Both the position numbers and the translations under genes were made by a program. Below the pieces are notes generated by a model. It was not told the origin of the DNA. It worked only from the letters and a program-made list of their open reading frames with translations, and made no database searches. DNA of 62,969 nt, the filler included, from Parasitella parasitica NRRL 2501 (taxonomy: Eukaryota > Fungi > Mucoromycota), in the NCBI GenBank assembly GCA_025201805.1. It is 10 parts of 10 records of this genome, joined end to end, with 100 filler letters (N's around TTAATTAATTAA, not from the genome) between each part and the next. Parts side by side here need not be neighbours in the genome. Positions count along the whole stretch, not along the records: positions 47,508 to 56,062 come from MU619313.1; positions 56,163 to 57,418 come from MU619656.1; positions 57,519 to 60,417 come from MU619283.1; positions 60,518 to 62,969 come from MU619558.1; 6 more parts are not named here. One strand, 5' to 3'. Below are positions 51,439 to 61,188 of this stretch, piece by piece (within the stretch, counting starts at the first letter, position 1; every line of letters begins with the position of its first letter).

Positions 51439-53418
51439 TTTTTTTTTTTGTGTATTAAAGTGTACCTTTATTAACTAAATGCAACTAATAGCTATGGAAA
51501 AAAAGTACTAACACTACTTATTTAGGGTCGCTTTACGAGTGGAAATAGCTTTGCCTGTAGTGCCCTTGCTATTGCTTTTGCTACCTCTATTGCTTGTAGC
51601 AGAGAGGTACTTCCATAAAGCTTGGTTTGGAATTCAGCTTGCTTTTTCTTGGTTACCTGGCGCAAAGCTGCGTCAGTCGACAGTTCTGCAGGCATGTCCA
51701 ACTTCATATTCATAGCCACTGTATCTGAAGCATACTTGGAATATGCAGAGCTTCTATCTGTGGATGTTTTCTGATCACCTGCCAAAACCACCTCGTCATT
51801 ATCATCTACATCTTCGTGCATGTTGTCAACCGAAGATTTATCATCATTTTCAGCTTTGTTATGTCAAAAGTCTGATAAAATAAATCTGCCAAAGAATTAC
51901 ACCTTTATTCATAATACATCTCTCGATGTATTATATACACATTCATTACACTAGGGTTCTACTGTCTAGCTGCGTAATGTAAATCATGACTACCCATGAT
52001 TTACTGTAAGACCCTGGGACTGATCTGAGATCCTGATGTGAGACCTTGCCATGTTATTGATATAACAAGCTTCACTAGCTATAGATTCAGCATTATCCAA
52101 TTCTTCTTCATCTTCAAAATCTTCTGACTCCTCATCGTCAACACATTCTTCCTCACTCTCACTGAATTGTTCCTTGTCTACAAAACCGGATAACGTAGCA
52201 GGCGAATCGACAGAGTCTCCACAGTTGGCTTGCTCTTTCTGCTTATCAAACTCGGGACAAAACCGGATCATATGGCCTGGCTTACGGCACCCAAAGCACC
52301 TACGTTTGGCCAACCCTGGACATTTAGCACGAATATGACCACTATGACGACAGAAATGACAAACACAGGAGGAGCACCCTTGAATGTCTCTGCCACAAAG
52401 CAATCAAGTTCGCAGAGATAGAGCATTCTATCTAGAGGATTTGCTGGCCTGTGCTCACCCTCTACCAGCGTACCAATAGAATTGTCAATTAGAGCCGAGA
52501 AATTGCCCTCGAAAAAACCACCACGAGTGTACTGCTTTAGCTGGAGAACTCTGCCATAATACGAGAAGGATGCAATCAAGTCATCAAGAAGAAGCGGGTC
52601 TGTGACAATTCGCATTAAAGTGAACTGCACAAGCTTCACCTTGCTGTAATCTTTGGGCTCCTGAGGGAGTACTGCCTTGTAAACAATTCCATCAACAGTG
52701 ACACCAGTCTGTAGAGCCTTTTTCGCATCGTCTGCCTCCTCAAATTTGGCTTCAATAAATAAAGAACCATCATCCTTGGAGTCATAAATGTTGAGAGGAC
52801 GAAATTCTACCAAGGGAGAAACCTGAGCCTGGATTGCCTTGTAGTAGGCATCGACGCGATCACCAAATAAACCTTTCCGAAATGTAAACAGAACAGAGCC
52901 AGGAGTAAGCGACTGTTGCAAAATTTCCATTGCTTTAGTAGCTAGGATTCTTCCAGTAAAATCCTCATCTTCATAAATTACTGATCCTACTAATTGATAA
53001 GACGACGCTGTAGCCGTGGCTGAACGTCTTTTGTTGTGTTCGTAGTGTCGAATACCAGCACCACGAGCGGCTAATTTTGCCCAAGTGCTGCCTGCCCAAG
53101 TTCCTTCAGGAATAGTAGGCATTGTATGTTGTTAATCTGTTGTCGTAAAACGGCGGTGTAGTGTATGTAGCACGTATGGAGTGTTACTATTGCTATTTGT
53201 TCGAAAATTCAGAATATGTCGAAACGAAGTTTAATCGTTCTGAAATTCAGATATGTTGTAAAGCTGAGATGGATGTATCTAAAAGTAGTTGGATGCTAGA
53301 TGGATGTATGCTGGTTGTCGAGATATCGTGCTTCAAAGTTGAACTTTTTTTTAAAAAATTGATGTATACGCGAAAGAAACTGCACTTGTAAAAAAGTGAT
53401 GTTTACGCGAAAGAGCCT
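51439..53418 (-). mobile_element. Complete ORF1-only non-LTR retroposon (HAL1/half-L1-like) with 14-bp TSD and poly(A) tail
   Basis: TSD TGCAATATCTCAAC at 51425-51438 and 53419-53432; T11 run at 51439-51449 (poly(A) on minus) and AATAAA ~20 nt before it; single ORF 53122-51522 (one frameshift, one LTR insertion) with two CCHC knuckles CHFCRHSGHIRAKC and CFGCRKPGHMIRFC; no ORF2. Confidence 0.85.
51857..52067. mobile_element. Solo LTR family E (211 bp), TSD AGCTT, inserted in ORF1
   Basis: TGTTATGTCAA...TTGATATAACA terminal inverted repeat (10/11), AGCTT at 51852-51856 and 52068-52072; removal restores the ORF1 frame (..SIASEA|ENDDKSS..). Confidence 0.88.
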
Positions 53419-53551
53419 TGCAATATCTCAACGAACATTTGGTAGCAAATGTTACTACATACACAAAAAAACCGTAATGTCTCAGAAATAATATTATATA
53501 ATTAAAAATGAGCTATCTCTGTTTAGGATACAGATTAAATCTTAGCGGTAC

Positions 53552-54112
53552 TGTATTATACTCTGTATAATACATCATAAAGCGAGCATGAGTAGAAATG
53601 CGTAGTAGTGCGATAAAAAAATATAATAAAAAAAGCGGAAAGGATATACAATTATAACTCTTCGATATTTATTCAAAGTTAAAAATGTAAGCCAAGATCC
53701 ATCAAGTTGAAAGATCTTGGATGTATTTATATAAAATATAATCTGTATATTTCATGTTACTAATGCAGTAACTGGATTGTCTCCAATTTAGGCTTCATGG
53801 GAAAGCAGTAACGACTGTGGTTTATAAGGAGTACAAAGGTGTACAATTGTCTTTATATGTTGAATGTTAATGATGATATTTGTCATGTTCAATGTTGTTC
53901 TCAAGGACACGGTTCTTAATAAAGAAATGTCTTACTAATTCAAATAAGATGTGTGAAAGACTGCCAGTAGTTCACATCAAGTAGAATGGAATGACTTTAT
54001 TCAGACATGGCAAAGAGACATAAGTGGTGCCATTGAATGGCGGATCTTTATCCCAGTACAAAGTGGTGATATCCTATGACATTTGGTTCCTGAGGTCGGT
54101 GTTAAATCCTGA
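53552..54112 (+). mobile_element. LTR family D copy, truncated by N gap
   Basis: ~53620-53980 aligns with the reverse complement of ~58190-58560 and of 24468-24688; left boundary approximate. Confidence 0.65.
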
Positions 54113-54623
54113 NNNNNNNNNNNNNNNNNNNNNNNNNNNNNNNNNNNNNNNNNNNNNNNNNNNNNNNNNNNNNNNNNNNNNNNNNNNNNNNNNNNNNNNN
54201 NNNNNNNNNNNNNNNNNNNNNNNNNNNNNNNNNNNNNNNNNNNNNNNNNNNNCCTATTGCTGCGGCACTGTCAAATAACTATAAATACCTTCAAAACATA
54301 CACTAGTTTAAATCTTCATTCAATCTTGGAATAGCAAAATAAATATATTCAGTTCTAATTGTATTTTTCTGTCTATATTTTGTTATTCTAAACAAGAAGC
54401 ACCATCCTGGAGGTTTTGTAAAGTAAATGGACGTTGCGATGTAGGGAAAGTAGATGGGTCAAGCATATCTTGCATTGGGATAGTGTCACGAAGTTGTTGG
54501 ATGCTCTCCACATCTAGAGAAGGATCATGATTATCGTTGGCAGTAGGTCGGATAGAAGAAGGAAAGGAGAATACTGGCAAGGGAAGTAATTGTTGAAAGA
54601 ATTGAGCCCAAAGGGTGAACGAG

Positions 54624-55600
54624 TGTTTTAATATACGAAATAGATATACAATTAAAACTGGATAAATTTATTCGTATGTGAAAAATAAGATGATTCTTCT
54701 ATCCACAACATTTATCTAGACTATTTATACTTTTCGAGTACTAACATTGGTTACATGATCGTGGAATCCAGGCTTAATAAACTTGCACCAGATAGAACCA
54801 ATTACCAATTACCAGCCATGTGTTGCTAGTACAAGTAATCGTAAAACAGTTATTACCAAAAGGAGAGGGGAAGGAGAGTGGTCTTAAGAAAGATTATAAT
54901 AGCCTTGTGGTATAAAAATTTCTAATGAGTGTAACCACGGTATAATACTTTTGCATAATTGTGGGAATACCCAAGTTGGATCTCAGGCACAACACCAACC
55001 CAGTAACCCACCTCGCTTAGCCTTTACATCCTAAACATTTGTCCCCACAAGAATCAGCATACGATAAAGATGATGATTCGATAAAAAATAAAATAAAATA
55101 GAATGCATGTAATAATAAGCACATATCATTATTTGCACGGAGGTAGAGAGTAATTGCCTTTAAAAAAACCTTGAACCTGCCAAAACCCAATAAGAAAAAA
55201 AAGACAGAACCAGGAAAAAGGTAGACCACGTAGCAACAACCTGAAAAACAAATAAGAATACACACTTCTCGACACATGCCACACAATGGGATGCCTCCCT
55301 CTATTTGATCCTCAACGCTGGGGCTGCCGCCTTCTTTGGCATATTTCGAGTGACTCTTCGTTTCTTGGACATATGATGAGGCAGAGTTGTAGACACACGC
55401 TTTAAAATACGCTCCTCTTCTTGTTTCTGCAATTGAACATGCTTTTTTCAATATTGCTGCAGAATATGTGGATCTGACACATCATCGGCAGTGATTTAAG
55501 GACACATTAGCTCACCATACCCTTTCCATTTAATCAAATACTCACAATTGGCTGCTTTTCCATGATGATCCCTAATAGCTTCGATCTCAAAATACTCATC
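54624..55600 (-). mobile_element. 3' end of a chromovirus (Ty3/gypsy): degenerate chromodomain, PPT and 3' LTR of family C (54624-55037)
   Basis: Minus strand from 55600: DEYFEIEAIRDHHGKAANCEYLIKWKGYGELMCP*ITADDVSDPHILQQY*KK; GTGGGGACAAA abuts the LTR's TG; LTR matches 46616-47028 and has no TSD, as expected for a non-solo LTR. Confidence 0.85.
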
Positions 55601-55946
55601 ATTGTGAAAATCAGAAGAAACACTAAAATAAAATACTTTTTAAGATGTTGTTTTATTTTATTATGTTAGGATGAGGAACTTCTCATGGCTATGAATAAAC
55701 TATTGCTATTTATACTAAATGTGGAATTTAAAGATAAAGAAATATACCATGATGGTGTGATGTATGATTGACCAATAAACCTGATAGAAAGATAGAAAGT
55801 AGATGTTGATGAAGATAGAAATTGGCAACTACAACATTAATTGGTGTATTGTAGATATAAAAAATTTATGGACTTGTTTATAGGCAAGATCTTTATGAAT
55901 ATGCCTTTAGGTAACTAAAATGTTTATTAAAGTTTATATCACGAAT

Positions 55947-56062
55947 GTTGGGTTAAAAAAGATAATAAAAAACCAAATGTTAACGAGATACGAAAACTTT
56001 AAGATACTTTATTTAAGATCGAAATTGCATCTGCTATTTATACTTTTTACAACTACATAAAT
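55947..56062 (-). mobile_element. LTR family B fragment (truncated by gap)
   Basis: TGTTGG..GTTAACGAGATACGAAAAC..AAATTGCATCTGCTA..ACAACTACATAA matches 24689-24805. Confidence 0.75.
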
Positions 56063-56162
56063 NNNNNNNNNNNNNNNNNNNNNNNNNNNNNNNNNNNNNN
56101 NNNNNNTTAATTAATTAANNNNNNNNNNNNNNNNNNNNNNNNNNNNNNNNNNNNNNNNNNNN

Positions 56163-57418
56163 TCATGGCCAGATACTCGGGGCATTCATGGCCATGGAAC
56201 CAGGTCTTACCACACCACTTGCAGAAGGTGTTTCCAGAGGCCTTCTTGGGAACGTTTGACCTATCAACACGCCTTGAAGTTGATGCTCCCTTATTTAATC
56301 GACAATCCTTTTCGTTGTGGCGAGCCTGAGCACCACCATGATTCGAGCAAAAGAAACTAGGTGACGAGCCAGCAGGGGAGGAGAATCCAGCTGTGGACGA
56401 TTTTGGAGAGACACCGCCGCCACGAGAAGCACCACCTTTCTTAACACTAATGAATGAAATGGGACATTTTTGTCCATTGAGTATATTGAGAGCGCAAGTT
56501 ACGATTTGATTTGCCGTGAAGTCAGATTGGCCAGGATATTGGGCACAGAGAACCGAGTTGATTTGAATCTGCCACGAGGCAGGAAAACCCAAAAGAAAAG
56601 TATCGCCCAATGTGGTATCCTCAGAGGAATATCCGGCTTCCAGCATAGCGCGAGCAAAACGATTGTAATATTCTTCCGTCGTTTCTCCAGGTTTCATAGT
56701 AGCGGTCTGTACCTCGCGACGAGCATCCAATCTTAATGCAGCATTATTGAATTTTTTTGTAAATAGGTCCTTTGCAGCAGACCAAGTACCAGCCTTCAAC
56801 AACTCTTGATTCAACCACAAATCCAAATCATACGGAATGGTTAGAGGAATGTAACGACGCCACACATCCTCAACAGACTTGCCAGATGACAGAATAACCT
56901 TTTCGAACGACCTCAAAAAATGGTGGATGGAGTCATAAGTTAGTTCGTTTGGAAAATATTTAGTTGCACTTGAACGCAACTGAAATTTTGGGAGGTCTTG
57001 CTTTGATAAAGAGATTCCTTCATTATCTCCAGATAATGCAGAGGTAACGTTCGCCTCAGATAGCTTGGCAGATGATTTTAATGTAAAGATTAATTTGTTC
57101 ATCCCCTCGACTTTCGCACGCATTTCCGAAATATGATTTTGCCCTTGCTCGTTATCAAGATCAGTACCTTCAATCATGTCAATGAGCAACCCGATATATT
57201 GATCCCTCTGGTGCAATAACTTCTTTACAGCATCAATAGGATTGGAGGTGACCATGGATATAGTGGAAGTAGTTGACGAGACAGATTCAGGAGCTGGTAG
57301 AACTGAGGGAGCTTGGGGCATGTCTTCGTCTTGAAGGTTGAGATGCACATCGCGCATACCAATCTCCACCTGAGTCAGAGAAGGGTCACCGGCAATTCCA
57401 GGAGCAGAAATGGGAACG
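56163..57418 (-). mobile_element. Ty3/gypsy gag (retrotrans_gag capsid + Zn knuckles), bounded by gaps
   Basis: DLPKFQL, FLRSFEKVI..WRRYIP, W..AKDLFTKKF, MKPGETTEEYYNRF (MHR-like), FLLGFP, CSNHG..H..C and CKWCGKTWFHGHEC. Confidence 0.85.
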
Positions 57419-57790
57419 NNNNNNNNNNNNNNNNNNNNNNNNNNNNNNNNNNNNNNNNNNNNTTAATTAATTAANNNNNNNNNNNNNNNNNNNNNNNNNN
57501 NNNNNNNNNNNNNNNNNNTCAATATATTTTATAGACAATAAATGTTAGTCCAAAGATATATAAATTATAGTGGCTACATGCTATGGACGTATGAATGGTC
57601 CAAGAAGGTATAAATTTTTGAAAGGCACTTTTTAGCACCATTAACAATCTAGTCAATATTTTTTTAATAGCCATGTTGCAAAAGTGCTTAATTTATCACC
57701 AGGCATTCAAGACAATCACTGAAAATTAAAAAACTGATCGCTTTATCACAGCTTACTCAAAGCTATCACTGGAAACAAATGAGCATCTTA

Positions 57791-58618
57791 TGTTGTGCCA
57801 GTGTCAAAGGGCGCAGCGTAATGTTATGTAAATAAGATTTGTATAAGGTAATAAAGACTTTTCTGAATAAAACCAGATACAAAACTGAACACTTTTATTG
57901 ACATAAGATATGATCTCTATTTATACTAAAATATATCCCAATCAATGTTTATCCACATAACATCTGATGTTTGACAAAAAGTGTCAAACCTTATTAAATC
58001 ACAGCATTTCCAGGACAGACCTACCTTTCTATTTTACATTAAAGAGAAGATTGGGTAGGATGTCTTCCCGACATCCCGCGATCTGATCTAGATGTATTCT
58101 CTGAATAAGCCTGGAACCTTGCAAGAGGTCCAATTACAACTTGTAGCTTATTCCTTATTTGTAAAAGAATTACCAACAATTAATATCATTGATGTGAATT
58201 ACTGGCAGTCTTTCACACATCATATTGAATTAGTAAAGCAGATCTTAGTTCTTGACTAAGATCCTGAGAATAAAGCATTAATAATAAGAAGTATACCATT
58301 AATATTATACATTTAAAGACGATTGTACAACTTGTACTCCACATTAATCAAGCACTGCTTACTGCTTTCCCATGAAGCTTAAATTAATCAAGATCAAGTT
58401 ATTACATTAGTAACTTGAATTCACTATATTTTACTTTACTATAAATAAGATGAAGTTCCAAGGAGCTAACCAGAACTTCACTTACATTTTAACTTTAATA
58501 AACCAAGAAGAGTTATAATTGTATTTTTCTAAGCTTTTTTTAATTTTTATAGCAATCACGATCCGTATATTATGACTAAGTTAGATATGACATATGTAGC
58601 CTTTATATGGATACAACA
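57791..58618 (-). mobile_element. Solo LTR family D (828 bp), TSD TCTTA
   Basis: TGTTGT...ACAACA termini; TCTTA at 57786-57790 and 58619-58623. Confidence 0.88.
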
Positions 58619-59194
58619 TCTTAGATTTGCTTTTGAGATTAGCACGAGTCTATAAATACTGCACACTTTGCTTTTCCTTTTTTTTTTCTCTTTAAATATC
58701 TACACTTCTCTTCACTGACATCAAATCTGGTTAGTATTTTGTTTATCATAGCATGACATGTTCCGCCGTTTTTATTCAAAATGTGCTATTTCCATTGTAG
58801 ATTTTGCTAATTTGTATACTTTTAATGATGGTAAGCCGCTTTCATTTTTTTTTAATAATATAATCGAGGCTAAATTTTGCTTTCTGAATACTGTATCAAA
58901 GTTAGAAATGATGATGCTTCTCTCTGTTTTATGTCTTTCTATACTGTCTTAATATTTTCTTTTTCATAAATTGTTCTTGTTTATATATATCATCTTCCAT
59001 CTAACATATAATGAATCTCAATAATATCTTTAGTTGAAAATATATATTCATTTTTAAATAAAATTGTAATTGTAATTGTAAAACAAAAACTCTAGCCCTA
59101 TACATACAGTGTTATGGCTAATTTTGCAATAAATGTCTATCAATGGTTCAGTAGATAAACAGTATCAGCAGTATATTTTTTATGATTACGAATC

Positions 59195-59441
59195 ATCCAG
59201 TAGTGATTGATATATAGGCAAAATCACTGATGTTTTACCAGTGATTGATTTATCAATGCTGCTAAATGCTAATCGCAAGCGATTATCGTATTTATCACTG
59301 ATCATCAATTTAGTCTTTGTGATAAAAGCATCACTAGTGATAAAATAGTTTATCACCAGTCATCCAGTAATACACCTAATCACTAGTCATTAGAACTGAT
59401 GATAAATGTGAAAAAAAATAGCACTGAAGTTAGCCATGGTG
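59195..59441. mobile_element. Terminus of CACTA/CMC-like element (..AGCCATGGTG) with ATCACT/AGTGAT subterminal repeats
   Basis: Reverse complement begins CACCATGGCT; dense ATCACT/AGTGAT/ATCACC repeats; the same repeats occur at ~57690-57775. Confidence 0.55.
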
Positions 59442-59550
59442 TAATCTTTGTCTCATATTACTAGTCGATGGGATTCTAGGTTTGAACCTACACTACTTTC
59501 CTTTGTTTGAGTTGCGAGCTTGTATCATATCCTGTAGTTTGTAATTACTA

Positions 59551-60095
59551 CACTATTTCCGGAAAATAATCGCTCACAAAAAAAAAAAAAATTCGTTCAC
59601 AATAAAAAAAATAAACCAATCAGAAAAAAATTAAAAAATAGTTCACAAAAAAATTTTGAACTTGGTTTATTTATAGTGAACGAAATGAGCGAAGCATTAA
59701 AGTGGCCTTCTGTTCAAGCAATCATCAAACTTACCGAGGGAGTAGCGACAGAAACCTTGAAGGTCACTGAGCAAAACGTTGTTGCACGCATCTCGGATTC
59801 TTGATGTCAAGGTCTCTTCCTCTAACAGCTTCTCTGGCTTGAGTTTGCTTTTAGCCACTGACCAAAACTGTTCAATAGGGTTCAATTCAGGCGAGTATGG
59901 AGGAACGTATAAACAACGGTAACCACGGCCTTCGATATATTTCTGTATATCTTCGTGCTTGTGAATGGGGGCGTTATCTATTATCAGGTAATAATCTTTA
60001 AACTCTGGATGTTGATCCATGACGTCCATACAACTAGCAACGAAGTTGAAACAATGGCCTGTAACAGTGCCCTTTTTCGTTGCTTCCCTAGGAGT
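59551..60095 (-). mobile_element. Tc1/IS630 (DD34E) transposase C-terminus and probable TIR, truncated by CACTA insertion
   Basis: YYLIIDNAPIH..VPPYSPELNPIEQFWSVAK with 34 residues between D and E; TA|CACTATTTCCGGAAAA candidate TIR at 59549-59566. Confidence 0.88.
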
Positions 60096-60417
60096 CACTA
60101 CGGCCGAAGTAGTATGCACATTATCACCTTATTATGCCCAAATGGGCATACCACTAAAGCCTAAGCTATTATGCACAGTGAATATGGTTAATAATACATT
60201 AATATGCACAATGTGCATAATAGACAAAACAGCACATGTGCTTATTGTTAAGCTCATATGTGCTCTTCATATAATCTGCCCGTATGCTTAATACTATGCT
60301 CAAAAGTGCATACTATGTGAAATGCTCACGTGTACACCATTATGCCCATTTGTGCACAACATAGAAAATAGAATCACTATATTGGTATCGTATTTATCTC
60401 TCATAAATTGTTCTCGC
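60096..60417. mobile_element. Left terminus of CACTA element (CACTACGGCC) with TATGC/GTGCA subterminal repeats
   Basis: CACTA starts where Tc1 coding homology breaks; many short ATGCAC/GTGCAT/TATGC repeats follow up to the gap. Confidence 0.65.
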
Positions 60418-60517
60418 NNNNNNNNNNNNNNNNNNNNNNNNNNNNNNNNNNNNNNNNNNNNTTAATTAATTAANNNNNNNNNNNNNNNNNNNNNNNNNNN
60501 NNNNNNNNNNNNNNNNN

Positions 60518-61017
60518 GACAATGATTCCATGTTAAAATTAAGATACATGATGTACAAGTTTGTCTGGCAAAACGTTGATGATGAACACCATGTCCGCCA
60601 GGACAAGTTGAATAAAGAGCCTTTGGCTCATTACTTGAGCGATCTTCATGAGGATTTGTGTGGGTGAAAAAAACCTGATTCTGCTTTTTATACTTTTACT
60701 TATTTTTAATTATATTCATAGGCGAGAATGGCATCATTATTGATGGTGAAAACCTGAATCCTGTCCTCGTAACAGAGAGAATAATGCGCTCAAGATTAAA
60801 ATTTAATCTTGCAGTAAGAAAACGAGACATTGAGTATACCTACAATCCTGCTGTTCCGAAGGTCGACTGGGAGCATGCAGAGATGACTCTTACTAAGCTT
60901 TTAAATAATAATGAGCCTTTTCCTTTGGAGCTCACTGCTCCACCGCCTATTTTTGTTGATGAGGACGCCGATGGTGCTGATAACACTGATGATACTGATA
61001 ATATTGCTGAGGGCTAA
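60518..61017 (+). CDS. 3' exons of an unknown gene (probably TE-borne), 5' part lost in gap
   Basis: Open frame from the gap, plausible intron ~60664-60721, acidic tail and stop at 61017; no recognised domain. Confidence 0.4.
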
Positions 61018-61188
61018 TTTTTTTTTTTTGATTTTCCATTTAAAATAAACTTGTTGTATATCTTGTTTACTCTTTTCTTTTACTTATTTTTATTTTCTTT
61101 TTCATCAATTAATTCATTGTCTATATTCAGATTTCGACGTGAAAATAGTGACCTATCTACTTTTACTGATGATCAAACGGAACAAATA

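Noticed and set aside
55017-55451. 144-aa ORF in the track as a gene
   Set aside because: Off-frame reading of the chromovirus pol tail and 3' untranslated region running into the LTR.
59455-59500. GGTTCAAACC B-box-like hairpin followed by CTAG on minus strand (tRNA/SINE remnant or Helitron 3' end)
   Set aside because: No cloverleaf or A box; hairpin weak and AT-rich; cannot be supported.
59195-60417. Short regularly recurring motifs as CRISPR-like array
   Set aside because: Eukaryotic context; 5-7-bp motifs in both orientations with irregular spacing are transposon subterminal repeats.
25444-60517. Recurrent TTAATTAATTAA between N runs (nine copies), superficially like a repeat array
   Set aside because: Identical 100-bp cassette with six-frame stops; an assembly spacer, not biology. 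ORFs running into it are artefactually terminated.
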